Source: Candidatus Sumerlaeaceae bacterium (lineage in GTDB: Bacteria; Sumerlaeota; Sumerlaeia; Sumerlaeales; Sumerlaeaceae). From it: DNA of 64,000 bases. This document shows, piece by piece, positions 29,306 through 40,072 of this stretch; the first letter of the stretch is position 1, and each line of letters opens with the position of its first letter. The position numbers were made by a program, and so were the translations under genes. The stretch spans positions 118,515-182,514 of the forward strand of contig JBPCLP010000011.1 in the NCBI GenBank assembly GCA_051003195.1, written 5' to 3'. The notes under the pieces were generated by a model, which saw only the letters and a program-made list of their open reading frames with translations, was not told the origin of the DNA and ran no database searches.

Positions 29306-30112
29306 ATGTTACACTTCCCGATTCATACCGCAGGCCGGATGTTCCGCTGGTGCATGCCGGCGCTCATAGTTGTGGCGCTGCTGGCACCGCCCGCCCCGGC
29401 CATCGACACGGCAGCACGCCGATCGATTCCCGATGCGGGACCCAGCCGCATCTCCTTGCGGCAGGTGGCGGGACCGTACTCGTTCGGCAATGGCCTGGAC
29501 CTGAACTACGAAATTCACATCAGTCCCGACGGGCAGTTCACGTACCAGCAGGCAAGCTACGAAGGCGTGGCGGCAGAGGCGGCGGGATACGCGCGCATGA
29601 CCGGCAGAAAGCTTGTGCTCACGCCCACCTCCGCAACGCCTGAAGCATGGCCCGCCGGCATGGGGCTTGAGTTGCTTCCCGTGCAGTGGGGATCGCGGCT
29701 GTACCTGGTGCCCGAGAAGGACATGATGGCTTTTGTGAACGCGGTCAATCGCGGCAGCGAGCCCGTGACGCAGATCAGCCGCGGACATTTTTTTCTACGC
29801 GAAGGCGATCTCGACAAACCGGCCAGCGGTCATCCGGATTTACCCGGAAGCTTCGCCAGCCTGCTCCTGAGCAAGCCGCTGCGGGGCAAAGTGCTGGGTG
29901 AAGAGACGTCGGGCTTTTGGAAGGTCGACCTGGGCAAACGCAACGGCTTGCATCCCGGTATGGAACTGTGCGCATGGAGTCCGGATCGCCGCCAATGCGT
30001 CACCCTGGTCATCTCGCGGGTGGAAGACTGCTGCTGCTTCGCGGAGAACCGTCGCGGAAGCGGCGCGCCGCTGCTCAACTGGAAAGTCTGTTCACGCCAG
30101 CAGTATGATTAA
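29306..30112 (+). CDS. Secreted hypothetical protein
   Basis: Hydrophobic signal-like segment (APA-I); long ORF; start uncertain. Confidence 0.6.
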   Translation: MLHFPIHTAGRMFRWCMPALIVVALLAPPAPAIDTAARRSIPDAGPSRISLRQVAGPYSFGNGLDLNYEIHISPDGQFTYQQASYEGVAAEAAGYARMTGRKLVLTPTSATPEAWPAGMGLELLPVQWGSRLYLVPEKDMMAFVNAVNRGSEPVTQISRGHFFLREGDLDKPASGHPDLPGSFASLLLSKPLRGKVLGEETSGFWKVDLGKRNGLHPGMELCAWSPDRRQCVTLVISRVEDCCCFAENRRGSGAPLLNWKVCSRQQYD

Positions 30113-30130
30113 CAACCATCCTGCTGTTGA

Positions 30131-31360
30131 TTGAGCCCGGCCGCGGCACACCAGCGTAGAATACGAATTGCCTGTTTCGCACACTTAAGCGAAATCAGCG
30201 GCGCGGTGACGTCGCTGCTGTCGATGGCGGAACATCTCGATGCAGTGCGCTTCGAAACGATTTTTGTGGTGCCGGGCGAAGGGCCTATACTCCAACGCGC
30301 TAAGGAGAGCCCGGTTCGAACGGTGGTGCTCCAGAATCCGGAGGTCAGCCTGGCTACGCAGGCGGGTGTTTTCGGCAAGGCAAATCTGACCTTCAAACGC
30401 CTTCGTTACGTGCGGAGTGTCGCGGCGTTTCTGAAGCGTGAACACGTCGATATGGTTTTCCTCTCGTCGGTACACTCCGTGTTCGCCGGCATGGGGGCTG
30501 CGCTGGCGCGCAGGCCTATCGCCTGGCACGTGCACGAGACGATCGAAAATCCGGGTCGTGCGACGCGGATGAAACTCGCCCTGGTCGAGCGGCTTGCCTC
30601 GGCGCTGTTTTACGATTCGGAGTCGGGTCGCCAGGCGTTCCCGGCGAAACATGTTGTTCGCCAGCAGGTGCAACTGAACTGGATCGACCTGGATCGTATC
30701 CGCCAGCCCGATTCGTCCGCGGAAGAGACGGCGCTGGCCAGTATCGGTTTGTGCCCGGGGCAATCCTTCATCCTGGCGAACGGCGTGATTCCGCGCAAGG
30801 GTCCCGACATCCTGGTCGGAGCCGCAAAGAAGGTGATGGATGCACTTCACGCCAGGAATGAGACGACCGCGCTTCCGGTGTTTGTGTTCAGCGGTGCGTG
30901 CGGTCCTGAGCTTCAGCCATTCTACGAGGCGCTTCAGTCGGACATTGCGGCCTCAGGCGGGCAGGAATTGGTCCGCTTTGCGGGAGTCCGCGACGATCTG
31001 CCCGCGCTTCTCCGCCGCGCCACGATCTACGTGTCGCCTTCGCGCAATGAGGCCCTGCCGATCACGATGATCGAAGCCATGGCCGCCGGCACACCGGTGA
31101 TCGCCACGGATGTGGGCGATTGTCGCAGCTTCCTGGAGGATGGAAATCTTGGGACGGTCGTGCCGCCGGAAAATGCGGATGCACTTGCGGCCGCAATACT
31201 GGAGCACTTGCAGAATCCAGTAGCCGCCCGGCAAAAGGCGCAACTTGCGCAGCAGAAAGTACTCAAGCTGTACCAGCCCGGCGGGTTTTACGAGGACCTT
31301 GAAACGACGCTTATGGAACTGGCTCGGGAACGAGGTATGGGTCGTCTTCCGGCCGGATAG
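30131..31360 (+). CDS. Glycosyltransferase family 4 (GT-B)
   Basis: WHVHE, RKG, PSRNEALPITMIEAMAAGTPVIATDVG. Confidence 0.92.
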   Translation: MSPAAAHQRRIRIACFAHLSEISGAVTSLLSMAEHLDAVRFETIFVVPGEGPILQRAKESPVRTVVLQNPEVSLATQAGVFGKANLTFKRLRYVRSVAAFLKREHVDMVFLSSVHSVFAGMGAALARRPIAWHVHETIENPGRATRMKLALVERLASALFYDSESGRQAFPAKHVVRQQVQLNWIDLDRIRQPDSSAEETALASIGLCPGQSFILANGVIPRKGPDILVGAAKKVMDALHARNETTALPVFVFSGACGPELQPFYEALQSDIAASGGQELVRFAGVRDDLPALLRRATIYVSPSRNEALPITMIEAMAAGTPVIATDVGDCRSFLEDGNLGTVVPPENADALAAAILEHLQNPVAARQKAQLAQQKVLKLYQPGGFYEDLETTLMELARERGMGRLPAG

Positions 31361-32789
31361 GCAAAATCCTCTCGTCGATCAAAAGCACCAGCGCTAGGGC
31401 GACCCAGACGCGAGTGTATAAAAACGTATCCTGGATCGCGCTGGAAAGGGCGAGAAACACACCGAGCAGCAGAACCGTCGTTGATAAATTCTGTGCCAGC
31501 TTATCGCCGGCCGCAATCGCCCGTTTCCTGTAGCCCCATGCGCCGCGCAGCCATGCAAACAGCATGAACACAAACAGGCTCACGCCAACAACTCCCCCTT
31601 CTGCCAGCAGGTTCAGGTATCCAAAGTCCGGGTAGCGCAATTCGGTCGATGTCATGTACTGCACGAAGTACGTCGAGTAATCCTGCGGAAGATAATTTTT
31701 CCACACAGCGGGAAAGGATCCAAGCCCCACGCCAAAGATGGGATGCTGCTCAAACATCTGCATGCCGAGGAGAAACGAATCCCTGCGCTCCAGGAATGAG
31801 TAGTCTTTGCTCAGCGTCGCCACCGTGCTGAATCTTGCAAGCACAAGCGGCAGCACCGTCACGGTCGCAAGCCCGCCCATTACCACGATGGCACTCAACA
31901 GCAGCTTGCGTCCATGGTAGCGGTACATGGTACCCGCCATAACGACCAGCAGCGCAATCAGCACGTACGTCTGGCGGTTAAATGTAAACGTGGCGGCAAA
32001 AATACAGAGCAGTCCAAGCACGAGCGCCAGCGTACGTGTCCATTGGGATTTAAGCTGCGCGTAAAGAAAGAAGGCGAACGGAAAGCTGAACACCATGTTC
32101 CATCCGAACACGATCGGATTCTTGGCAGTTCCCCGCACGCGGTTTGCGGAACCCCAGTGCCCGCGGAACGCCCCGAGGATGTCCTTCTCCACGGCCTGCC
32201 ATAGTCCATGCACGGCAGCAACGGCGGTCAGCCCTACGATGATCCAGCAAAAGGCGAGGATCGCCCGCTCGGTTGTCATCGAAGCGGCCAGGGCAACTGC
32301 CACCACAAAATAGATTACGACATACCGGAAGTGAATCAGGCTGCGCTCCAGATCCTCGCCGGTAATTGCACGAATGGTGAAATATACAGCCACCGTACTT
32401 AGCACCGGCAGAAACTTCGACGGCAGCGCCATTGCGCGGCCCCGCACCACATACGCACCAAACGAAAGCAGAAACAAAAGCCCGAGCCCCTGCCCCATCG
32501 ACAGCGGAAGACCGGCGACCTTTGTGTCGGCAAAAAACAGCGCGCCGAAATACAAAGCGAAAGGCAGCAGCGGATGCACGGCAGTGCAGAAAAGCGCGAA
32601 CACGCCTGCAGTCATGCCCATGAGACCAAACAGGCCAAAGTGCCGGATGGGCTGCGGTGAAAGCGCCAGCAGCGCCGCCACGCCGGCACCCAACAGCGCC
32701 GTCAGGAGCGGTGTGCGCAGATTTTGCGAGTTGGCATTGCGCGATATGGACATAGACTCTATAAACCGGGTGAAAAGAGCTTGCTCCAC
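31311..32789 (-). CDS. O-antigen ligase/Wzy_C family membrane protein
   Basis: Multiple TM helices, RVRGTAKNP, TFNR, HPIFGVGLGSF, LAEGGVVG; start may be ATG 32753. Confidence 0.8.
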   Translation of the reverse strand: MEQALFTRFIESMSISRNANSQNLRTPLLTALLGAGVAALLALSPQPIRHFGLFGLMGMTAGVFALFCTAVHPLLPFALYFGALFFADTKVAGLPLSMGQGLGLLFLLSFGAYVVRGRAMALPSKFLPVLSTVAVYFTIRAITGEDLERSLIHFRYVVIYFVVAVALAASMTTERAILAFCWIIVGLTAVAAVHGLWQAVEKDILGAFRGHWGSANRVRGTAKNPIVFGWNMVFSFPFAFFLYAQLKSQWTRTLALVLGLLCIFAATFTFNRQTYVLIALLVVMAGTMYRYHGRKLLLSAIVVMGGLATVTVLPLVLARFSTVATLSKDYSFLERRDSFLLGMQMFEQHPIFGVGLGSFPAVWKNYLPQDYSTYFVQYMTSTELRYPDFGYLNLLAEGGVVGVSLFVFMLFAWLRGAWGYRKRAIAAGDKLAQNLSTTVLLLGVFLALSSAIQDTFLYTRVWVALALVLLIDERILPIRPEDDPYLVPEPVP

Positions 32790-32850
32790 CCAGCTATCAA
32801 GTCAGTTAGTCAGCACCGGTACGCACTTCGTCAAGAACGGCAGGTGTAAC

Positions 32851-34569
32851 ATGGGCACGAAAAATAACATGCACTTATCACTACTGCAGAAACAGGGCCG
32901 GGTCGGTGGAGGCATCACACTTCGCGCCTCAGTCCTCGCGCTTACGCTTGCCGCTGTTTGCTTTACTGCATCTGCCGATGTGGTCTTCCTGAAAAACGGG
33001 CAGAAACAGGTCGGCATTATCACGCAAGGCGGGCCAGGTCAGCCCCGCGTCAGCATCCGCAGCATCGGCGGAGAAATCTCGATACCTGCGGACCGCATCG
33101 AGCGCATTGAGCAGGAACCCGCGGCCGCAAGCTACATGCGCCTGGGTGACCAGTATCTGGACGCCCGCCGGTTCCAGGAAGGAGCGGATGCGTACAAAAA
33201 GGGACTCGAAGCCGACCCGAAACACGCCGACCTCCAGTCAAAACTCGCGCAGGCACAGGCGGGACTCAGCGGAATTGCCGAAGCCGCGAAACAGACAGCC
33301 GATTCCCAAGTTCAACAGGTTATCGCGGGCGCCGCTGAACTCGTGAAGGCTAAGAAGTTCCAGGAAGCGTTCGATGCGCTGCACGCCGTCGAACCCGCAG
33401 CCGACTCCCCCGCCGCCACCCCCTATAAAAAGGCAATGGCCGAGCTCTACTATTTGTGGGGTGTTGACCGGGCAGACCGGCAGGACACCGCGGGTGCCAC
33501 CGAAAAGTTTCAGATGACACTGAAGTACGATCCGCAGAACGAGCAGGCGCGCCAGGGCCTTATCCAGGCCTTTAATGGTGACCCGACCAAGCTCAAAGAA
33601 ATGAGCGAGTATTACAGCAAGTCGTCCGCGCCGGCGGACCAGGTCAAAGCCGCCGATTCCTTTTTTAAGCTGCGCCAGTATGACAAGGCACTTCCCATCT
33701 ACCTCAAGTACGTCGCCGATCCGGAACTTGGCTCCAACATCATGCGAGACCGCATCAAGATCATGTACCAGAACATGCATGAAGAACTGGCAAGACAGGG
33801 CAACTACGCCAAGGCGGTGGAACTCTACCAGGATTATGTCCAGTTTGCACCCGACGCAGACCAGACTCCGCTCGTACGCTATATGTACATGGTGCGTCGC
33901 GGCGAAACCAACATGAACGACGTTGCGGCTCGCGTGGCCCTGGCCAGGTATGCCGAAGAACTCGGGCTTGTGAAGACCGCCAAGGATGAGTACGCGAATG
34001 TCCTCGCCATCGCACCGGATAATGCACAGGCGAATGAAGGCTTGAAGCAGTACGCCGCGGCGGATCTGCAGGATGCGCAGGATTATTTCAGCCAGGGACA
34101 GTACACGCTCGCCCAGCAGCAGGCAATGACCGTGGCACAAAGCTATGCGCGGTTCGCCGATATCGTAAAGCAGGCACAGGAATTACAGACGCGCGCCGCC
34201 CTCGAAGAGCAGAAGGTCCAGAAGACGAAACAGCAGCAGGCGATCGCCCTGGCTTTGCGGGGCGACGATTACTATCGGCAGGCCATGTCGTATTTCTCCT
34301 CGTATGTGAGCACCGACATACAGCGAAACACGCGCGTATTCTTTCCGCGTGAAGAAGCTTCCAAGTACTTCAGGCAGGCACTGTTCGCGTATCAGACGGC
34401 GCTGGCCATGGATCCTTCTCTCGGTGATCCCGCGAGTTATAACCTGAACTTTAAAATCGGGGACGCTTACGCGAAATACATTAAGATTGCGAACCGCACG
34501 CCACCAGCCATGCCGAAACGTGACCAGGATCGCATTCAGCGTGGCGAAACCCTGCAGGGCTCCCGGTAG
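32851..34569 (+). CDS. Secreted TPR-repeat protein
   Basis: Signal peptide ending ASA-D, DVVFLKNG..GII N-terminal motif, many TPR-like helices; ORF-track extension to 32374 overlaps the opposite gene. Confidence 0.75.
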   Translation: MGTKNNMHLSLLQKQGRVGGGITLRASVLALTLAAVCFTASADVVFLKNGQKQVGIITQGGPGQPRVSIRSIGGEISIPADRIERIEQEPAAASYMRLGDQYLDARRFQEGADAYKKGLEADPKHADLQSKLAQAQAGLSGIAEAAKQTADSQVQQVIAGAAELVKAKKFQEAFDALHAVEPAADSPAATPYKKAMAELYYLWGVDRADRQDTAGATEKFQMTLKYDPQNEQARQGLIQAFNGDPTKLKEMSEYYSKSSAPADQVKAADSFFKLRQYDKALPIYLKYVADPELGSNIMRDRIKIMYQNMHEELARQGNYAKAVELYQDYVQFAPDADQTPLVRYMYMVRRGETNMNDVAARVALARYAEELGLVKTAKDEYANVLAIAPDNAQANEGLKQYAAADLQDAQDYFSQGQYTLAQQQAMTVAQSYARFADIVKQAQELQTRAALEEQKVQKTKQQQAIALALRGDDYYRQAMSYFSSYVSTDIQRNTRVFFPREEASKYFRQALFAYQTALAMDPSLGDPASYNLNFKIGDAYAKYIKIANRTPPAMPKRDQDRIQRGETLQGSR

Positions 34570-34590
34570 AGGCCTCGTTTTGCAGCAACA

Positions 34591-35745
34591 ATGGCCTGGA
34601 GACCAGCGCCACTCCTTGAGCAGCACATCCACTCCCGAATGACGAAAACCACACCTTCCGTACCGGCACAGTTATCGATTCGCGAAAACGTTGCGCTCGC
34701 GCCGTACACCACGATCGGGATTGGCGGAGCGGCACGCTTCTTCACGGAAGCGCACACTGTCGAGGAACTGCGCGAGCAACTCGCCTGGGCTCGCGAACGC
34801 TCGCTGCCGCTGCTCGTGCTGGGAGGCGGCAGCAACCTGCTCATCGCAGACGCAGGGTTTCCTGGCCTGGTGATCCGGACAGATCTACGCGGGATCAAGG
34901 AGGAGATCGAGACCGATGGACGTGTAGTCCTCCAAGTTGCCTCAGGCGAAGACTGGGATGCGTTCGTCCAGCAGTGCGTTAAAAGCAATCTCGCGGGATT
35001 GGAGTGCCTCTCTGGCATTCCGGGCTGCGTCGGCGCAAGCCCGATTCAAAACATCGGGGCCTATGGACAGGAAGTGAAAGGCGTGATCACCGAAGTGGAA
35101 GCGCTCGATCGCACCACCGGACAACTGCGCACGTTTTCAAATCCGGACCTGCAATTCAGCTACCGCATGAGCCGCTTCAAAGCACAGGATCGTGACCGCT
35201 TTATCGTCACCGCGGTTAAGTTCGAGCTGCAGCGCGGCGCAACCCCGAGTGTCCGGTACGGCGACCTGACACGGCATTTTGAAGCCGCCGGCATCCGGCA
35301 GCCAACCATCCAGCAGGTGCGCACGGCTGTCCTGGAAATCCGAGCAAAGAAAGCCATGGTTGTCGATCCTGCCGAACCGAACTCGCGTAGCTGCGGTTCA
35401 TTCTTTATGAACCCGGTCGTCACAATGGCGGAGCATGAACGCATCGTTGGCCAGTTGCAGAGCGAACAGGCTCTTAAGGCGGGCGAAACCATGCCGGCCT
35501 TTGATGCGGGCGCAGGCGCGAAAAAACTTTCCGCCGCCTGGCTGATGGAGAAGGCAGGCCTGCGCAAAGGGATGACACACGGAAACGTCGGCTTATCGGA
35601 AAAACATGTGCTCGCCATCGTCAACCGTGGGGGAGGCACCGCAGCCGAAGTGCTGGAACTGGTGAAGCTTGTCCAGCGGACCGTACATGAGAAGTTTGGG
35701 ATTCAGTTGGAACCCGAACCGGTTTTTGTTGGATTCACCCCTTAG
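34591..35745 (+). CDS. murB: UDP-N-acetylenolpyruvoylglucosamine reductase
   Basis: LGGGSNLL, GLECLSGIPG..GASPIQNIGAYG, FSYRMSRFK, GSFFMNP, LEPEP; start may be ATG 34639. Confidence 0.96.
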   Translation: MAWRPAPLLEQHIHSRMTKTTPSVPAQLSIRENVALAPYTTIGIGGAARFFTEAHTVEELREQLAWARERSLPLLVLGGGSNLLIADAGFPGLVIRTDLRGIKEEIETDGRVVLQVASGEDWDAFVQQCVKSNLAGLECLSGIPGCVGASPIQNIGAYGQEVKGVITEVEALDRTTGQLRTFSNPDLQFSYRMSRFKAQDRDRFIVTAVKFELQRGATPSVRYGDLTRHFEAAGIRQPTIQQVRTAVLEIRAKKAMVVDPAEPNSRSCGSFFMNPVVTMAEHERIVGQLQSEQALKAGETMPAFDAGAGAKKLSAAWLMEKAGLRKGMTHGNVGLSEKHVLAIVNRGGGTAAEVLELVKLVQRTVHEKFGIQLEPEPVFVGFTP

Positions 35746-35837
35746 TGTGCCGAATCAGAAGTTCCTATCCACTTTGAGCGCGGAAGATGAGCTCAGTTCG
35801 GCATACAGAACGGAATACGAATTAACGGTAGCCACCC
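35746..35837 (+). mobile_element. MITE-like element copy 3 flanked by TTAG direct repeats
   Basis: TTAG (35742-35745, contains the murB stop) / TGTGCCGAATCAGAAGTTCCTATCC...CACCC / TTAG (35838-35841). Confidence 0.8.
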
Positions 35838-35909
35838 TTAGTATTTTCACCGTCAAAGGCTCATGCTTTTTCTCGACAGCCCGCCGGGCACTCACCACGG
35901 TTCGCGCGC

Positions 35910-36893
35910 ATGAGTCACGCCTTTCCCGGAGAAGCCGCAGCACCCGACGCCGGCGGCGCCATGGTTTCCTTCGGGGAAGAGGAGCCGCCGCGCTCTTATG
36001 GGCCTCTGCATCCCGTCTCGGTGTGGCGCCGGCTCAAACACGATCCGCCTGCGCTGCTTGGGGGAGCCATTGTTCTGATCATTGTTTTGCTGGCGGTCTT
36101 CGCTCCGCTTCTGGCCCCATACTCCCCCACCGCTCGCGACCTCAGCCGCATCAATGAAGCGCCGTACTGGCTGCAAAAACCCGAGGGGTCGATCGGGAGC
36201 GACCCGCCACAGCAAAAAAATATTTTCGGCCGCGACGTACGAGGCCAGGACGTACTCAGCCGCGTGGTCTACGGTGCAAGGGTATCTCTCATGGTTGGAC
36301 TCGCCGTTGTAACCATTGCTTCGTTGATCGGAGTTTCGCTGGGATGTCTTGCCGGATACGCGGGCGGCTGGGCAGATATGCTGGTAATGCGTCTTGTCGA
36401 CGTGTTGCTCGCTTTTCCGTTTCTCATCCTGGCCCTTGCGCTCGTGTCCGTGTTTCCGAATACCACGGTGTACCATATTGCCCTGGTGCTGGGCCTTGCC
36501 AGCTGGCCGGGCGTCGCTCGTCTTATGCGAGGGCAGGTGCTGGCCACCCGCGAGAATGATTACGTGAAAGCCGCGCAGGCGCTGGGAGCCGGGCACCTTT
36601 CCATTCTCGGGCGCCACATCCTGCCCAATTGCATCGCTCCTGTGCTCATCTGGTTCACAATGGGTATCGCGGGCGCCGTGATGGGTGAGGCGTCGCTGAG
36701 CTTTCTCGGCCTCGGCGAAGATGATTCGCTTAGCTGGGGCTCGATGATTAACAACGGACTCGCAAAAGCGGATTTCCCGACGGAGTGGTGGGCAGTCGTG
36801 TTTCCCGCACTTGCACTCGCTTTCACGGTGCTCGGGTTCAATCTGCTGGGTGATGGCCTGCAGGACGCCATTAACCCCAAAATCAAAAAGTAG
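35910..36893 (+). CDS. Peptide/nickel ABC transporter permease (DppC/OppC family)
   Basis: GRDVRGQDVLSRVVYGARVSL, YVKAAQALGA..HILPN, LSFLGLG, FNLLGDGLQDAINP. Confidence 0.92.
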   Translation: MSHAFPGEAAAPDAGGAMVSFGEEEPPRSYGPLHPVSVWRRLKHDPPALLGGAIVLIIVLLAVFAPLLAPYSPTARDLSRINEAPYWLQKPEGSIGSDPPQQKNIFGRDVRGQDVLSRVVYGARVSLMVGLAVVTIASLIGVSLGCLAGYAGGWADMLVMRLVDVLLAFPFLILALALVSVFPNTTVYHIALVLGLASWPGVARLMRGQVLATRENDYVKAAQALGAGHLSILGRHILPNCIAPVLIWFTMGIAGAVMGEASLSFLGLGEDDSLSWGSMINNGLAKADFPTEWWAVVFPALALAFTVLGFNLLGDGLQDAINPKIKK

Positions 36894-36945
36894 CAGCGAT
36901 CCACACACTATGCGCAGTCACCTCCATGTTTAAATCTGCACGCAT

Positions 36946-37836
36946 GTGCCAGCCATGAGGCGCTCCAGCCACCTCGCGCCTGCGGCGATGCCGTATCTGT
37001 TTCTTCTGCCGGCCTTCCTGCTGCTTACGCTGGTGCTTTATGTCCCGATCGGGCAAACGATCCTGAACGCGTTTTACGAACTCGACCGGTATGGCAACAA
37101 AACCGGCTGGGCGGGGCTGGCTAACTTCAGGAGTACTTTTGAGGATACCGACTTTCGGTTCGCCTTTAAGAACACGGTGGTCTGGACGGCGGCAGTCGTG
37201 ATCCTCACATTATTCATCTCGTTTGTAGCCGCGCTTTTTCTCCACCGGCAGTTCGCCGGCAGGCGCATCGCACGCGCCATTCTCGTGCTGCCCTGGGCAT
37301 CCTCGCTGGTCATCAGCGCGCTGGTGTGGCGCTACATTCTCGACGGTGAGCTCGGCCCGTTCAACGCGCTTCTCGGCAAACTGCACCTGATTTCCGAGCC
37401 TGTGTACTGGCTCGCTACCCGCACCACCAGCTTCCCCGCGATGATCGGCGTCGCAGTGTTTGTTTCGATTCCATTTACCACCACGGTTCTTCTGGCTGGA
37501 TTGCAGGCGATTCCGAACGAACTACTCGAAGCGGCACGCGTAGACGGCGCTTCTCCCATGCGCGTGCTGCGCAGTGTGACGCTGCCTCACCTCAGTGACG
37601 TGCTGGCCATCGCTACCATCATCAATGTCATCCACGTGTTCAATTCGTTCCCGATTGTCTGGACGATGACGCACGGAGATCCGGCCGGCACGACTGACAT
37701 CGTTATGACGCACCTCTACAAAAAGGCGTTCACCGACCAGCAGTTTGCCGTCGCGAGCGCAGAGTCGGTCATCGTTTTTGCGGCGCTCCTCGCATTCAGT
37801 ATTATCTACACCATGCGTATGCGGAAGCAGGACTGA
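36946..37836 (+). CDS. Carbohydrate ABC transporter permease (MalF/UgpA-like)
   Basis: GLANF, LAGLQAIP..EAARVDGA EAA motif. Confidence 0.92.
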   Translation: MPAMRRSSHLAPAAMPYLFLLPAFLLLTLVLYVPIGQTILNAFYELDRYGNKTGWAGLANFRSTFEDTDFRFAFKNTVVWTAAVVILTLFISFVAALFLHRQFAGRRIARAILVLPWASSLVISALVWRYILDGELGPFNALLGKLHLISEPVYWLATRTTSFPAMIGVAVFVSIPFTTTVLLAGLQAIPNELLEAARVDGASPMRVLRSVTLPHLSDVLAIATIINVIHVFNSFPIVWTMTHGDPAGTTDIVMTHLYKKAFTDQQFAVASAESVIVFAALLAFSIIYTMRMRKQD

Positions 37837-37839
37837 GCC

Positions 37840-38757
37840 ATGCGCACCGTTTCACGCAGAAGCCTTTATTCTGTCGGAACATACGCGTTCGTGATACCGT
37901 TCTCGGCAATTCTGCTTTCGCCCTTTGTCCTGATGTTTCTTTCCGCGCTCAAGACCAACGCCGAAATTTTTGTTCCCTGGGACGAATTCAATTTTCTCCC
38001 GCATCCGCCACAGTGGGGAAACTTTCTCGCGATGGGACACGAAGTCTCCAACATCGGACGATACTTTCTTAATTCGACCCTGACATCCACGGGGTCCACT
38101 GCGCTCGCAATCGCGGCAGCACTTCCTGCTGCTTACGCGCTTGCGCGTTTTCGATTTCCCGGCCGGAATGCTTTCCTGCAACTGGTTCTCATCACTGAGA
38201 TGTTTTCGCCGATCGTGATCATCGTGGGTGTCTACAAACTCTTCGCCGGAACGTCGGTGGCCTGGTTTTATAACCTGCTGGGGGCAGTGGGCCTGCGCGG
38301 GATGTTGCCGGAGGTGCTTCCAGAAACGCTGATCGACAACCTGTTCGGGCTCGTGCTGCTGAACGCAGCCTTCAACCTCGCGTTCGCGATCTGGCTGCTG
38401 AAGGGGTACTTCAGCACGGTGCCCAGGGAGATCGAGGAAGCGGCATGGGTGGACGGCTGCTCCTGGTGGCAGGCACTCACGCGCGTGATGATGCCGCTAG
38501 CCGCACCTGGAATTGCGACCGCTGTCATTTTCACGTTCATCGCGGCTTGGAATGAATTCCTGTTTGCGCTGACGCTGCTTCGCACTTCAGAAAAGCGACC
38601 GGTCATCGTTGGGCTCTTCTCGCTGATTGGACAGTTCGAGGTGCAATGGAATTACGTGATGGCCGGCGCACTCCTGGCCGTTGTCCCGGTCGTGATCCTT
38701 TTCTGGGCCGCGGAAAAGCATCTGGTGAGCGGACTGACCTCGGGGGCCATTAAATAA
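37840..38757 (+). CDS. Carbohydrate ABC transporter permease (MalG/UgpE-like)
   Basis: AAYALARFRFPG, EEAAWVDGC, AWNEFLFAL, GLTSGAIK. Confidence 0.92.
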   Translation: MRTVSRRSLYSVGTYAFVIPFSAILLSPFVLMFLSALKTNAEIFVPWDEFNFLPHPPQWGNFLAMGHEVSNIGRYFLNSTLTSTGSTALAIAAALPAAYALARFRFPGRNAFLQLVLITEMFSPIVIIVGVYKLFAGTSVAWFYNLLGAVGLRGMLPEVLPETLIDNLFGLVLLNAAFNLAFAIWLLKGYFSTVPREIEEAAWVDGCSWWQALTRVMMPLAAPGIATAVIFTFIAAWNEFLFALTLLRTSEKRPVIVGLFSLIGQFEVQWNYVMAGALLAVVPVVILFWAAEKHLVSGLTSGAIK

Positions 38758-38779
38758 CACGGGTGTTGCTTTAACGGGA

Positions 38780-40072
38780 TTGGCTCTGAAATCCTGCGCC
38801 TCGATGAACGCCGGTTCCGCCGCCCCAGCATACCAGATTCGCGCCCTGCGCCTGCGTGTAGCTGTGCCCTGTGAACCCGAGTGGGTGGACCAGCAGATTA
38901 CTGCGGCGGCCGAAGCCGGGTTTAACCAGGTGATTGTCGACGCCTTTTTTCGGGGAATCACGTGTTTCCCGTCCAGGTCGTGCAAACAGTTCGGCCTGCC
39001 CAGGCTTCACTCGATCTTCCACAAGACGGATTTCCTGGCAGTCGCCGCCGAATCAGCGAGGAGAAACGAACTGCACCTGGTTGCCGCAATCGACTGTCTG
39101 CACTGTGGATCGAAGAATGACACTCCGCGCAGCCCGATTAACGCGCGCGGCTTTCGCGTGTGGCGCAATGCCAGCAAGGACGGCTGGCTAGGCATGCACC
39201 GCGAAGGCGATACGGACGATGTTCTCCTGTGCCCGTCCAATCCTGACGTCTCGGATTTTCTTGGCACGCTCGCAGCCGAACTTACGGACGCGTACCCATT
39301 GGATGGATTGCTGCTGAACGGGCTGCAGTTCGGGCCGAAGGGCGGTACGCATCCCGGCCGATGCTTCTGCGCGAGCTGCGTGCATTCTTCGGACTTCCCT
39401 GCACCCGACAGTGCTAGCGATTGGGACAGCTTCCGGCTGAAGCAGCTATCGGAGCTTGTTGGTCGAATCAAGGCACGTGCCCGGCAGAGCAGACGCACTT
39501 TGCGGCTATGGGGCCAGTTTCCTTTGCTGCCAGGTTTGCAGGATGAACAACTCGTGCTACGCGATTTCGACCAGGAACTGTTCGACGTCGATGTGATGCC
39601 GTTTCAGCCGAGTGATGATCTTCAGCCGGCGCACTCTGTTGGAGTCGAGGTTGCGCAGTTTGACGCCGCAGATGAGGCGTCACTGGTCGAGGCAGTTAAA
39701 CTGGCGGAAGTGAGTTTTCCTCTCGGTTTTGTTTGCCGGTGGACTTCCCGCCATACGCCGGACCCGGCACTTCTCGCAGAACTGGCTGCCATACAGACTG
39801 TGCCCCCGGATCGCGATCCACTCGGTGCCGCCCGCAAGTGGCTTCAGTTGTCCGCCCAGGCAGGCGATGCGGAACCGGGAAAGCGCGCCCGCCAGTGCCT
39901 GGCCCTTTGGGAGAGTGCGGGCACGGACGAGGAATTACCGCTGGAGCGAATTCACGCAATCATTGAACCCGCGTTACCCCCGGAGGGTTCAGACGAGCCT
40001 GTTGAACGCGAGGCACAAGCGCTGGCTCGTGCTTTCGCCCTTCTGCGTCTCGCGATTATGGTCCGGGAGTAA
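38780..40072 (+). CDS. Glycosyl hydrolase-like 10 (DUF187) family protein, divergent
   Basis: AGFNQVIV..FFRG.T.FPS, LCPSNPDV, YPLDGLLL, CFCASC. Confidence 0.6.
   Translation: MALKSCASMNAGSAAPAYQIRALRLRVAVPCEPEWVDQQITAAAEAGFNQVIVDAFFRGITCFPSRSCKQFGLPRLHSIFHKTDFLAVAAESARRNELHLVAAIDCLHCGSKNDTPRSPINARGFRVWRNASKDGWLGMHREGDTDDVLLCPSNPDVSDFLGTLAAELTDAYPLDGLLLNGLQFGPKGGTHPGRCFCASCVHSSDFPAPDSASDWDSFRLKQLSELVGRIKARARQSRRTLRLWGQFPLLPGLQDEQLVLRDFDQELFDVDVMPFQPSDDLQPAHSVGVEVAQFDAADEASLVEAVKLAEVSFPLGFVCRWTSRHTPDPALLAELAAIQTVPPDRDPLGAARKWLQLSAQAGDAEPGKRARQCLALWESAGTDEELPLERIHAIIEPALPPEGSDEPVEREAQALARAFALLRLAIMVRE

Noticed and set aside
32374..32850. N-terminal 159 aa of the 731-aa TPR ORF
   Set aside because: It is mostly the antisense shadow of the O-antigen ligase gene; the signal peptide starts after 32851
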